This document shows positions 51,018 through 63,922 of a DNA stretch of 64,000 bases, piece by piece. The notes beneath the pieces are model-generated. The model was not told the origin of the DNA and made no database searches. It was given only the letters and a program-made list of their open reading frames with translations. Source of the DNA: Octopus vulgaris (Eukaryota); contig OX597815.1 in assembly GCA_951406725.2 (NCBI GenBank), forward strand, positions 33,046,001-33,110,000. The letters are read 5' to 3'. Within the stretch, counting starts at the first letter, position 1. Each line of letters opens with the position of its first letter. The translations under genes were made by a program, and so were the position numbers.

Positions 51018-52527
51018 TTAGAATATTCGTAACTAGATAGTTAGATATAACCTGATTTCTACTGGTATAGCACTGCTTTAAGTAGATAACTAAGAGTTCT
51101 CACACTACAGTTATCTTTTTCCTATATCTGCATCAGTTTTTTGAGAACAGGGAATTGAATAGCACTTATTCGCTGCTTAATTGAGGCTTTATTTAATTTC
51201 AAACTCACAATTTTTAAATTTTTAAATTCTTAACTTTAAATCTTAATTGTAATTTTTAATTTTAGTTCCTAACTTAATCTAATTTAATTAGCATAACTCT
51301 AATTAATTAAAATGAGTTACTATAGACCCATAATTCTATTTCAAAATTAAATAAATGAGACTATTCCCTCGGTGATAATATGATTATCTTCATTATGATA
51401 GACAATCCCCTAACACCTTTTAAATGATCTTCTAAGATTTGACCTGTAGTCCGTCAATGTATGAATAATAACGGCAACTCCTTAAGACAATAAAATGAAT
51501 AAATTAAATAAGTAAATTTTAATGACTTTTTGATAAGATTATACCTAGTTTTCCCTAATGTATTTTCTGGTGATTTTAGCATCTGACCCCGAAACCCCTA
51601 ACTGTGTTATCTCTTTAGATTCTCTTTAAATTCATAGCTGATTTCAACAGCAATAAATTAGCTGTTTTAACTGGTCAAAGAATAATATCCTCCTCTAATT
51701 CCTAGATGCCTGTAAATTAAAACCAGACTTGTCGTCTACTAATTCTTCTGTATAACTAGAACCCTCTTTTTTTCTTTTTCTTTCTTCTTTCTTCTTTTTT
51801 CTTTTTTTCTTCCTTTTTCTTTTTTTCCCTTCCTTCCCTATTTCTTTCTCTTTTCTCTCTTTTCTTTTTCTTCTTCTTATTCTCTTTTTCCTTTTCTCTT
51901 TCTCTTTGAGTCCCCCTTCCCCCCCCTTTTTGCTCCCTCCTCTTTTATTTTCTCTCTTTATTTTCTCTCTTTTCTTCTATGCCCTTCCCTTTTCTATTCT
52001 ATACAGCTCTAGTAAGCCCTTCAGCCTTTAAAAGTTAAATAGCTACAGCCTCTTGTAAATAGCAGTAATGTGATTAATGTGGCAAATACCTAATCATATA
52101 GCAAGAATTGATACCTACCTCATTGTGTTCAACCATTGATAAATTTATCGCCTGTGAATATGAAATTCCTTGAAATTTACACCTACACCATTGGAAATTG
52201 TGCATCTATACAAAGGATTAATTCACCCTCTCTGTAATGCTAATAAGCAGGAATTGAAACCCACCTCGTTGTAATTAACAATGGATAAATTTGTCTTCTG
52301 TGAGTATGTAATCCCTCATCATATCTCTGGAAATTCATACGTGCACTATGGATTAGGTCACCTTCTCTGTGATGCTATTAAGACTTTTTTAAAATTCTGT
52401 GATAAGACTGTACATCATCTTTAAAGAACTTTAATGAACTTTTGAAATCTGTTTATGTTACTTAATTATCTACATTACTTCATGAGTATAGCCTCAACCA
52501 CTAGGATGTCTAGAGAACTCACATGTA

Positions 52528-52618
52528 TTTTAGCTGATGAGTACGGGACACGTTTATATGCTGTAATTTTTGCAACTTTTAATAAAACCTGTCCTTGTAT
52601 GAAACGATTGTACTAAAA
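52528..52618 (+). ncRNA. Type I hammerhead ribozyme in PLE 3' repeat
   Basis: Stem I ttttag/ctaaaa, CUGAUGA, long stem II gtacgggaca/tgtccttgtat, GAAAC-gatt-GUA. Predicted cut after A52612. Confidence 0.8.
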
Positions 52619-52765
52619 ACCTATCCATTCTTGTTGCTTCATTCTCGCTTATAATCACCCCACATTACTGTATTGTTAAATCAGTATAGTTTTTTTTGGT
52701 GCATCTAAGTTAGGTACCATATTCAAGTAAATTTATTTAAATTAACTTGAATCTTTATTGCTTTT

Positions 52766-52821
<56 letters not shown>

Positions 52822-53444
52822 CATATACATATAAAGCAAAAAATACTGTGTAAAATTTACATTTGAGATATGGTAAGTACAATGGAAAAGGATAAGACGA
52901 CTGATGAATATTACAACTACCATAAAAGATAGATATCAACTTCTGAAAACTTATTATAAACATAACATATATAACTAGGACTCTTTTGTCATCTGAAAAC
53001 ATAAAAGTACTGAATACGACATTATGCTTGAAGTGATTGGATTTGTACGATTTCTTTCAAATCTAGTGAAACGCACAAAGATGAACGCATGCTGAATACA
53101 CAACCATAAATTTTGACTTCAGTGGTGACGCCATAACAGGAAGAAATATTTGATGCGTCTTGCTTTAATAATGTATAGGTTTGTGCATGTCCGTGTAGTT
53201 AAGAGGACATTTTGTATACAATTGTAAAAAGACGTTTACGATTCATCTTCTTTAACCGGTTGAGTTTCTCCGGAGAACTAATGCAATCCTGATTATTAAC
53301 CATCAAACAATCGAAAATAATGTACTCTACTAACGGTATCTCGTTGCACGTGTCAATTTAACGTCAGTAAATGGCTACATAGAGTATTCAATGTGCGCCT
53401 CTCATAATAATGGTTTCATAAGAATGTTACATTAATAACAAGCA

Positions 53445-53541
<97 letters not shown>

Positions 53542-53548
53542 GTCTATC

Positions 53549-53638
<90 letters not shown>

Positions 53639-53640
<2 letters not shown>

Positions 53641-54242
53641 AAAAAAGCAACAAGAATGGATTAAAATCTCGGTACGATCGTTTCGTACGAGGACATCTTT
53701 AATAAGCTACAAAAAATGCAGTGAATACAGATGGCTCGTACTCGTCAGCCGAAAAAACATCAGAGAATTCCCAAACATCAAAAGGGGTAGATACAAAAGA
53801 GGTTGTAAGATTAGCTGCATTGAAGAAAGTTCGATTCGTGGAGATCCGATGAAAGGTTTTAAACCTATAGAATTTATGCATGTCTACATATAGCTCATAT
53901 TGAATATTTGATCAAGTTGTGTGAAGAAATTTTCGGATACAGTCATGCAGAATTTCTGAAAATCCGAGTAAGAGGCAAAGTGACTGCCATATCATGTAGA
54001 GGAAAGTCTGAGTAAAAGCAAAGTGACTGTCATATCGTGTAGAGGAACAGATTGTTATTGAAACTTACAAGAATCGCAGATAAGTTCGATTTTTTGGAGA
54101 TCCGATGAAAAAGTCTTTTTTCCTATTTGTAATCACCCCACTTGTCGTATGGTTAACACCATATAGATTTCCGGTGCATCCTAGTTAAGGACCATATTCA
54201 AGTGAATTCTTTAGAATTCACTAGAATCTCAATTACTTAACC

Positions 54243-54245
<3 letters not shown>
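53639..54245. mobile_element. Short PLE insertion related to the 48119-52767 3' end: antisense segment 53639-54114 joined to sense terminus 54115-54245
   Basis: Left part is the reverse-complement homologue of about 52500-52640; right part is homologous to 52645-52767. Flanked by (TA)n. Confidence 0.8.
53667..53754 (-). ncRNA. Type I hammerhead ribozyme
   Basis: Minus strand tttcgg-CUGACGA-gtacgag..ctcgtac-GAAAC-gatc-GUA-ccgaga. Confidence 0.85.
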
Positions 54246-54324
<79 letters not shown>

Positions 54325-54332
54325 ATATATAC

Positions 54333-54530
54333 GTTTACTTGTTTCAGTCATTTGATTGCGGCCATAATGGAGCATCGTCTTTAGTGGAACAAACCGATCC
54401 CAGGACTTATTCTTTGTAAATCTAATATTTATTCTATTGCTCTCTTTTTGCTCAACCACTAGGTTTCAAGGAAATAAACACACCAACATCGGTTGTCGGA
54501 CGATGGTGGGAGACAAACACAGACAGAAAT
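54333..54530 (-). mobile_element. CORE-like SINE 3' half
   Basis: tttacttgtttcagtcatttga..gggagacaaacacagac matches the family tail. Confidence 0.75.
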
Positions 54531-54589
54531 TTAAATATATATATATATAAATTTAAAACGATGGTGAGAAATTTGATATTAATTTAATT

Positions 54590-55415
54590 AACATCAATTT
54601 CAGAGTTCTATTACCAGCGGAAAGAAACTACAGCCAGATTGAAAAAGAGGCGTTATCATTAATCTTCGCAGTAAAAATAAATTCCATATATTCTTACATG
54701 GGAGGAAGGTCACACTGCGAACGGATCACCGACCGTTATTGTCTATTTTTGGTTCGAAAAGGGTATCCCAACGCACTCAGCAAACCTCTTACAGCGCTGG
54801 GGGAATTACTCTGTTGAACTACGATTTCCAGGTGGAGTTTTTGCTATCAACGAAAATGGGACATGCATATGGGTTGTCTAGGCTAATTTCAAAATATGAG
54901 GAACCTTTTGAAGACACGGTGATTGCATCGTTAAAACTAGAAATGGAACTGAAGAACATTTTGTGAAATGTTATACGTGATTTGCCGGTAACACTGGAAG
55001 AAATTAAATTGAAATCGGGAAATGATAGGTTCATAAATAAGATTTTAAAAATGTTGAGTAACACGAAAAATATAAATGAGCGGGACGCAGGTTCAAAGCA
55101 CTATTCAGTATGTGATGAGGTATTATTATATGGACAATGAGTGGTAATACCTGAAGCACTGCAAAACAGAGTATTAAAAGACTTTCATGTAGGACATCTG
55201 GGAATTGTCCGGATGAAGAGCCTTATGAGAAGTTACGTTTATTGGCCGAATATGGACAAGCAAATTAAAACAGTGTAGGGGATGCACTATGGAAGCAAAG
55301 ACGCCCTTAGTGCAGATTCAGCTGTGGCCAAAAAGGGATTCGGCACGGTCTAGACTACATGTAGATTTCGCAGGACCAATAAATGGATCTCATTATATCA
55401 TTGTGGTGGATGGCT
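54590..55415 (+). mobile_element. Ty3/Gypsy pol fragment (RNase H to integrase N-terminus), degraded
   Basis: AERNYSQIEKEALSLIFAV, TDHRPL, HVGHLGIVRMKSLMRSYVYWPNMD, RLHVDFAGP. Stops and frameshifts. Confidence 0.9.
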
Positions 55416-55851
55416 CATCTGGAAAAGCAGCTTAGACCGCGCCACATGTCTAAATTCAAGAACTGAACTTTTCGGAGCATGTCTGTATGTGGCTAAATAT
55501 TTGTTACGTTTTTGGTCTCCCTGATATTACAGATAGAACTTGCTTTCTATATTGTGTCAACGTACAAGCTTTTTATCTCTCTATACTTTTTACTTATATT
55601 TCTTATATATTTCTTATATACTCTTTACTCTTTTACTTGTTTCAGTCATTTGACAGCAGCCATGCTGGAGCACCGCCTTTAATCGAGCAACTCGACCCCG
55701 GGATTTATTCTTTTGTAAGCCCAGTACTTATTCTATCGGTCACTTTTGCCGAACTGCTAAGTAACGGTTGTCAATCAATGCTAGGGGGACAAACACAGAC
55801 ACACAAACGCATATATATATATATATATATATATATTTATTATATAGAAGG

Positions 55852-55902
55852 AGCTTCTACAGGACTAGTACTGTTTCATTCAAGAGAAATCTTCAGGAAG
55901 CT
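55852..55902 (-). ncRNA. Type I hammerhead ribozyme (inverted copy)
   Basis: Reverse complement of 59119-59169. Confidence 0.7.
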
Positions 55903-56365
55903 ATTTAACAAGAATTGTATTAGCATTTATACATTTAGGCAGGTTTAAAGGAGTGGTGGTGGGGGACTTTTTTGGGGGTAGGCATAGCGCAAAATATCAT
56001 ACTTGGGGGAGTGGTCAAGGAGTCAGTGGTAAGTTAGATGAAAGAATAGATAAATAAAAAAATAAAAAAATAATAAAATAAAAAAATAAAAAAATAAAAA
56101 AATAAAAAAATAAAAATATATAAAAAAATAAAAAAATAAAAAAATATAAAAATAAAAAAATAAAATAAAAAAATAAAAAAATAAAAATAAAAATAAAAAA
56201 ATAAAAAAATAAAAAAATAAAAAATAAAAAATATATATAAAAAATATATATATAAAAAATATATATATATATATATATAAAAAAAGGGGGGATAGAGTTA
56301 TAGGTAAATAAGGAGATTCTCACTTATACCTATACACATATGTATACGTATCTACACACATATAT

Positions 56366-56412
<47 letters not shown>

Positions 56413-56703
56413 CACATATACATACATATCTACATACACACATACATACACCCGCCCACATATACAAATTTATACACATGCACATGCATATACCTGTCTA
56501 CACATACACACACGTATATATGCATACACTCACTCCCATGCATGCACGCATACACACATGTATATATATACCCACGACCACACATACATATATACACAGA
56601 AAGATATATATTCATACGCACATACACTCATGCACACACAACACACCTAGTTCCCTATATACACATATTTACACCTATATATACATACACCCACATACAC
56701 ATA

Positions 56704-56741
<38 letters not shown>

Positions 56742-56842
56742 CACGCATACATATATATATACATGTGTGCACATACATACATATACACATATACATACAC
56801 ATACACATACACATGTGTACCTATACATACCTACACATACAC

Positions 56843-56885
<43 letters not shown>

Positions 56886-57205
56886 CCAATACAGGCCCAT
56901 TCCCTAATTTTAATTTTATTATCTTCATTTATTACTTTTGTTATCTTTGATCGCTAGAGCTAAGGATCCTGGCTATGGCAGCATGTCCATTTGTCTGTCT
57001 ACTAGAAGGCAAGTACTCATTCCCGCACGCACACTCATTAGCACGTACATTCACCCATTCGTACACTCATACACATACACGTACGCACGCGTTATATTCA
57101 TACATACAAACATCTACATACGTTCACGTATATACACATACGTACTCGTACCTACAGATTCGTGTCTACACTTTAGGAGGCTAGTCTATACATATACACC
57201 AATAA

Positions 57206-57246
<41 letters not shown>

Positions 57247-57284
57247 TACACACACACACATATACTCCTACATACAGATACATA

Positions 57285-57329
<45 letters not shown>

Positions 57330-58055
57330 CATACATACACATACACACATATATATACACACACATACATACACATATATATACATACACAAACATATAT
57401 ACACACATATATATATATATACACACATACACACACATACATACATATACACACAAACACATACATACGTATACATACATACATACATCCATACATCCAT
57501 ACTTACATGCATTTATACGCATACACACACCCATCTATATATATATATATATACACACACTCACACATACATATACAAATATACGCACACACATACATAC
57601 ATACACGTATACACATACACGCACATACACATATACACATATACATGCGTACCCATACACGTGCACACACGCACGCGCATCCATATATATACACACACAC
57701 ACATACATACACGTGTGCAAGCATACATACATACTCATACACGCACACATACTTACATATACATATATGCACACACTTACACACATATATACATACACAT
57801 ATACATGCATACATACATATATGCATACATACACATACACTCACATACACATATACATGCGTACCCATACACGTGCACACACGCACGCTCATCCATATAT
57901 ATACACACACACACATATATACACGTGTGCAAGCATACATACATACTCATACACGCACACATACTTACATATACATATATGGACACACTTACACACATAT
58001 ATACATACACATATACATGCATACATACATATATGCATACATACACACACGCGCA

Positions 58056-58109
<54 letters not shown>

Positions 58110-58398
58110 TACACATACATATACACACACATATACATATACATACACATACACATACATACATATATATACACATATATACACATATACACATACATAT
58201 ATACACATATACATACATATACATACACACACACATACATATATACATATACACTGATACTCATACCCATACATATATATATATATATACACACACACAC
58301 ATATACACATTCATATACTTATATCTCTACATACTCACATATAAGCATATATATATATATATATACACACACATACATATACATGTACATACACATAC

Positions 58399-58435
<37 letters not shown>

Positions 58436-58437
58436 CC

Positions 58438-58471
<34 letters not shown>

Positions 58472-59118
58472 TACATATACACATATACATGTATACATAC
58501 GCAATAATGATACACATATATACACATACACACACACAGACAGATGCATATACATACATATATATATAAATTACATATCTATATAAATACATACATAATA
58601 CACATATACACACACATATATATACATGCATATACATATACAAATATACATACACATACGTACACACACACGCGCACACATACATATACACACACACATA
58701 TACAAATACATACATACACACATACACACACACACATATATACATACATGTACACATACACATATATATATATCAACAAGGGAGGGTAAAGTTAATTAGT
58801 TATTAATCAATTTCACCAAATATTCAGTATGTAAAGGGACCATTATTATTTTGAGTAAACAATGTTAGGGGGAAAAAAATTCTCTAAGTAGTGGAAGAGG
58901 CTAAAAAACTTTATTGGCTGCTATTTCTAGAAAGTTTAGTATGTGGCAAAGTAATTTATTTTTTTATTTATCTATTCTTTCATCTAACTTACCACTGACT
59001 CCTTGACCACTCCCCCAAGTATGATATTTTGCGCTATGCCTACCCCCAAAAAAGTCCCCCACCACCACTCCTTTAAACCTGCCTAAATGTATAAATGCTA
59101 ATACAATTCTTGTTAAAT

Positions 59119-59169
59119 AGCTTCCTGAAGATTTCTCTTGAATGAAACAGTACTAGTCCTGTAGAAGCT
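59119..59169 (+). ncRNA. Type I hammerhead ribozyme
   Basis: agcttc-CUGAAGA-tttc tctt gaat-GAAA-cag tactagtc ctg-UA-gaagct. Palindromic actagt in loop III; U.U at the base of stem II. Confidence 0.72.
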
Positions 59170-59252
59170 CCTTCTATATAATAAATTAATTTTACTCTGC
59201 TATGTATTGAGTACCTTACTTACTGTGGTTAACCCCGAATCAACCCGGGACC

Positions 59253-59296
<44 letters not shown>

Positions 59297-60313
59297 TACG
59301 ACGGGCTTCTTTCAGTTTCTGTCTACCAAATCTACTCACAAGGCTTTGGTCGGCCCGAGGCTATAGTAGAAGACACTTGCCCAAGGTGCTACGCAGTGGG
59401 ACTGAACCCGGAACCATGTGGTTAGTAAACAAGCTACTTACCACACAGCCACTCCTGCGCCTATATATGTTTATATATTTTTAATATTTTTTTTTACATA
59501 TTTATAGAGATATTGTTTTATAGGTTTATCGCTCATATATTTTTTACACACATTTTTTCTGTATTCTACTTTCCCTGTACATATAAAAACGTGTATATGG
59601 AATATTTTGTGTGCGTGTATGTGTGTATATAGACGTGTGTGCGTGCGTGCATACGAGTATGTGCGTATATAGACGTGTTTTACTCTCATTGCATATTTTT
59701 TACACATTTTTTTACATATTTTTCTGTATTTTGCCCTTAGTCCTATTTTTTCTTGTGCATATGCGTATATAGACATGTACCCTTTTTTATGCGCGTGTGT
59801 GTGTGTGTGCGTATATAGACGTGTGCGGGTATGCGCGTATATAGATGTGTGTGTGCGCGTGCATACGAGTATGTGTGTATATAGACGTGTTTTACTCTTA
59901 TTGCTTATTTTTTTTACAGTTTTTACACATTTTTCTGTATTTTGCCTTTAGCCCTGTTTTTTCTTGTGTATATGCGTATATAGACGTGTGCATGGACCTT
60001 TTTTGTGCGCGCGTGTGTGTGCGATCGTGTATGCGGGTATGTATATATATTTATTGGCGAATGTGTGGGTGAGCATGTGTTTGTTTCAAGTGAGGGTGGA
60101 TGAGTATATACTTATAGGCACATGTACGTGGGTGTGTGGGCGCGCATGTGTAGGTATGGACATGCATGCTTACGCGAATACTATGAACATTTTTATTCCC
60201 TTTCCTTTACTCCGTCCTCTCATTTAGCGGTCATTCTAATAGCTCTTTTGTCTTAATAACGGTCAATCACGTAGTAATTTCCATTTGTTTAACGGTCATT
60301 TTCATAGCATATT

Positions 60314-60397
60314 TTCGATGGCCGGATAACTGAAGAGATGGCGGCATTGGTTTCTGCCCCGACATTCGAAACTCGGGGTTTTATCATGGCTATCGAA
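60314..60397 (+). ncRNA. Type I hammerhead ribozyme upstream of a PLE ORF
   Basis: gataa-CUGAAGA-gatggcggca..tgccccgacattc-GAAAC-tcggg-GUU-ttatc. Stem I is extended by ttcgatggcc/ggctatcgaa. Confidence 0.75.
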
Positions 60398-60594
60398 TAA
60401 TTGTCAGATACTATATTTCCAGATAAATTCCTCTATTTACATAATATCGATGTCTCTTTCATTCTTTTGTTGTCTTACCATTTCTATCAATAAGTTACCT
60501 CCCGTATACCGCTATTTTTCCGTAAGGGATAATACAGCCTTTTGGAAAATCGCCAATAATTGGTTGAGGACTCTGCCCTGCAGAAGAATCCAAT

Positions 60595-61422
60595 ATGGAC
60601 GCCTACTACATCGATTATTCTTTGAAAAACATACCTATACCATCAAGGGAACTACAATCTAAGAAACTTTTGGAGAAAATTACAGACCTTATTAAGCACT
60701 TGAGATGGAAAGCTTTCTTTTACAACATAGAAGAGGACACTACAGAGAATATATTCTATGGCATTAAATCTAAGAAATTCCCTCCAAAAATCAAAGACCT
60801 GAGAGACTTCGAAGCGGACCTGCTGAAGCTCATGAACAAAATAAAATTTCGTAAGTCTTTTAAAACTTTCCTACAGACACGGAAAAAAGATATCAATTAC
60901 ATAAAAAGTTCCAAAACAAGTAACTTTTTGCTAATAAAACCAAGAACTTATACCTAGTAGAAAAAGCACATATTCACGACTTCTACACAACAGCATCACC
61001 AATAATTACACCAAGGCTAGGCCACAAACCTATAACGAAATTAATAAAGAAGCTAGCATTATCGCCGCCAGACTTAAATTAGATAAAAAAAAAATAGAGG
61101 TCCTCCCCCCAAAAGAGGCCTTTATAACTATCAAAGACCATAAAAAGAACTTCCTATCTAATCTTAAATGTAGGCTCATTACCCGCAGCTAAATCAGAAC
61201 TTGGTATTATTAGTAAAGAAATTTTAGGAAAAATCAATGCGAAAATCAGGACTGCCACTAGGTTAGTACAATGGTCCAATAGTATAGCAGTCGTTGATTG
61301 GTTTAAAGCCATTAAGAAAAACAATAAAGCGCGATTCACGCAATTCGATATTGTCGATTTTTATGCCTCTATCTCTAAGGAACTGCTAGATAAGCCCTCA
61401 CCTTCGCAAGCAAATCGATCTA
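60595..61422 (+). pseudogene. N-terminal part of a second Hydra-like PLE RT, frameshifted and 3'-truncated at (TA)n
   Basis: [58 protein letters not shown]. Collinear with the 48159 ORF. Confidence 0.88.
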
Positions 61423-61456
61423 GAAATATATATATATATATATAGATATACCTATA

Positions 61457-61500
<44 letters not shown>

Positions 61501-61549
61501 CACATGCATACATATTTGAATATATGTACATACATACATACATACATAA

Positions 61550-61605
<56 letters not shown>

Positions 61606-61609
<4 letters not shown>

Positions 61610-63640
61610 AAAGTGAAGTTGTAAGGTACCGCATGAGTGAAAATATATATGAAAGAAGGTTTGAAAATGCAATTTTAAAGATGTTTTTCAATTGGCTGGT
61701 TTCACTTTTTTAGAAAGAGATTGTCAAAAGTAAAATGTAAAGCTTTGTATAAGCTTTGTTGTGTTAAGTACCGGTTGTCACTAAAGTATTAAAATACATA
61801 TATACATAGTTTGATAATAATATTAAAATGTTAAAAACAGTTTACAAGGAAATATTTGAGAAAATATTAAACAAAAAGTATTAGAAGTTCAATAAAAATC
61901 ATGTTTGGTAGTATATATATATACACACAGAAGGAGATATATTTAAGAGTTTACAAAAAATTTGAGATGAACTAACCTGTATTAGCATTTTTTATTTTGT
62001 GTGAAGCTAAGGTTTGTTTGCTATTTTAAGGGACAGTGTGGGAGGTTGGTTTAGGTGGGGGAAGGAAGAGCAATGTGGAATTGAAAGGATTTTTTTGTTT
62101 CTGGGTTAGTCTGTCATGGTTCAGTGGTTTTTGGGACTGGTCTTCGAGGTCAGAATGGTGTGTGTGTCTGTGTACGTCTCTATGTGTGTATATATACATG
62201 TGTTTGTGTTTGTGTGTGGGAGCCGTTTTTGATTGGTCCCAGAGTTTATTGTGGTGTGTGTAAATGTGTCTGTGTGTGTTTTATATTTGGTAGGATGGTG
62301 TGTGTATATGTGTAAACGTTTGTGTGTGGAGGCGCAATGGCCCAGTGGTTAGGGCAGCGGACTCGCGGTCATAGGATCGCGGTTTCGAATCCTAGACCAG
62401 GCGTTGTGAGTGTTTATTGAGCGAAAACACCTAAAGCTCTACGAGACTCCGGCAGGGGATTGTGGTGATCCCTGCTGTACTCTTTCACCACAACTTTCTC
62501 TCACTCTTACTTCCTGTTTCTGTTGTACCTGTATTTCAAAGGGCCGGCCTTGTCACTCTCTGTGTCACGCTGAATATCCCCGAGAACTACGTTAAGGGTA
62601 CACGTGTCTGTGGAGTGCTCAGCCACTTACACGTTAATTTCACGAGCAGGCTGTTCCGTTGATTCGGATCAACCGGAACCCTCATCGTCGTAAACGACGG
62701 AGTGCTTGAAGAAGAACGTTTGTGTGTGTGTATGTGTGCGATTAATATTTGTTAGGGCGTTGTATGTGCGCATGTGTGTGTATGTGTTTGTTCGCGTGTG
62801 CGTATGTGTGCGTCCGTGGGTGCGTGTGTATGTTTGTGTGTTTTGTGTTGGTAGGGATGTTATGTGTATGTACGTGAGTGTGTTTGTACATGAGTGTGTG
62901 TGTTGTGTCTGTCTGAGTATGTTTGTGTTTTAATTGTCCTTGTGGTGTGTTTGTGTCAGCAACCGTATGTGTGTGTGAAGGTGCATATGTATGTGTGTGT
63001 GTATGTGTGTGTTAGTGTGTTGTATATATCAGGGGTTCTGTGTGTGTCCGTGTGTGTTGGGTTTATCTGGGTGGTATGTATGTGTGTACATGTGCGTTTT
63101 GTGTATGTTGGTACTGAGTATGCGTTTGTGTGTGTGTATATATGTGGCTATGGTTTATGTAGTTTCCGGGGGTGTGTGTGCTGCATTTGTGAGTTATTTG
63201 TTTTGTTTGTATTGTTAGTGCAGTGTGTGTATACATGTGGGTGTGTTTGTGTGGGTGTGTCTATCTGTCTTGCATTTGTGTCATTGTGTGTGTGCATGCT
63301 TGTGTGTATGTGTGTTTGTTGTGGTTGTTGGGATTGTATTGTGTGTATATGATATACAGATATACAAAATCACACATACACAAAACAAATGCGAACCTCC
63401 GACGGAAACACAAACACATACATTAACACAACAAAGCTTCTACAAAGCTTTACATTTTACTTTTGACAATCTTTTTCTAAAAACGTGAAACCTGTCAAGT
63501 GAATCAACATCTTTAAAATTGTATTTTCAAACCTTTCATAAACCCTCCTTCCCTTCTTTCCTGAGCGTCAAATAATACTTTTATTGTTCCACGTCCTCGC
63601 GCTGCTGTGTTTTTTTGTGTGTTTTCTTGTTTGGATTAAC
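61606..63640. mobile_element. Another PLE-type inverted structure: diverged inverted repeat (about 61645-61767 / 63422-63541) around a cryptic (GT)n tract, bounded by (TA)n
   Basis: tatgaaagaaggtttgaaaat..ttgtcaaaagtaaaatgtaaagctttgt versus acaaagctttacattttacttttgacaa..attttcaaacctttcata. Hammerhead variant at 63458-63501. Confidence 0.65.
62328..62714 (+). mobile_element. tRNA-derived SINE with (GAA)n tail
   Basis: A and B boxes. 13-bp TSD aacgtttgtgtgt at 62315-62327 and 62715-62727. Confidence 0.88.
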
Positions 63641-63661
63641 TATATATATATATATATATAC

Positions 63662-63833
63662 AGACGTAGGAGTGGCTGTGTGGTAAGTAGCTTGCTTACG
63701 AACCTCGTGGTTCCGGGTTCAGTCCCACTGCGTGGCACCTTGGGCAAGTGTCTTCTACTATAGCCTCGGCCCGACCAAAGCCTTGTGAGTGGACTTGGTA
63801 GACGGAAACTGAAAGAAGCCTGTCGTATAAATA

Positions 63834-63922
<89 letters not shown>

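Larger units (their letters stand above)
48119..52767 (+). mobile_element. Near-full-length Penelope-like retroelement inserted in (TA)n, most resembling the C-terminal-EN Hydra clade
   Basis: Intact ORF, about 1.75 kb 3' region with a hammerhead at 52528-52618, (TA)n at both ends. Clade call is from motif recall, not a phylogeny. Confidence 0.88.
55835..59255. mobile_element. Non-coding PLE-type insertion with inverted pseudo-LTRs (232-bp inverted repeat 55835-56066 / 58955-59186) around a 2.9-kb cryptic (CA/TA) tract
   Basis: Arms look identical by eye, each contains a hammerhead, and the block is flanked by (TA)n. Confidence 0.8.
55620..59462 (-). mobile_element. CORE-like SINE split in two (tail 55620-55810, head 59298-59462) by an insertion into its internal (TA)n
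   Basis: Both halves are on the minus strand and are complementary parts of the family seen at 21260-21660. Confidence 0.8.

Noticed and set aside
52895-52955. CTGATGA..GAAA as another hammerhead
   Set aside because: No stems I, II or III can be formed.
52742-53002. Strong-looking minus-strand acceptor (ttttatgttttcag) as a possible upstream GPCR exon
   Set aside because: The downstream translation lacks the expected ICL3/TM6 sequence (such as KTVKMT) and there is no convincing donor.
56340-58789. Long ORFs of 205-439 aa rich in H, T, Y and I
   Set aside because: Translations of (CA/TA)n low-complexity DNA, which lacks stop codons by composition. No domain motifs.
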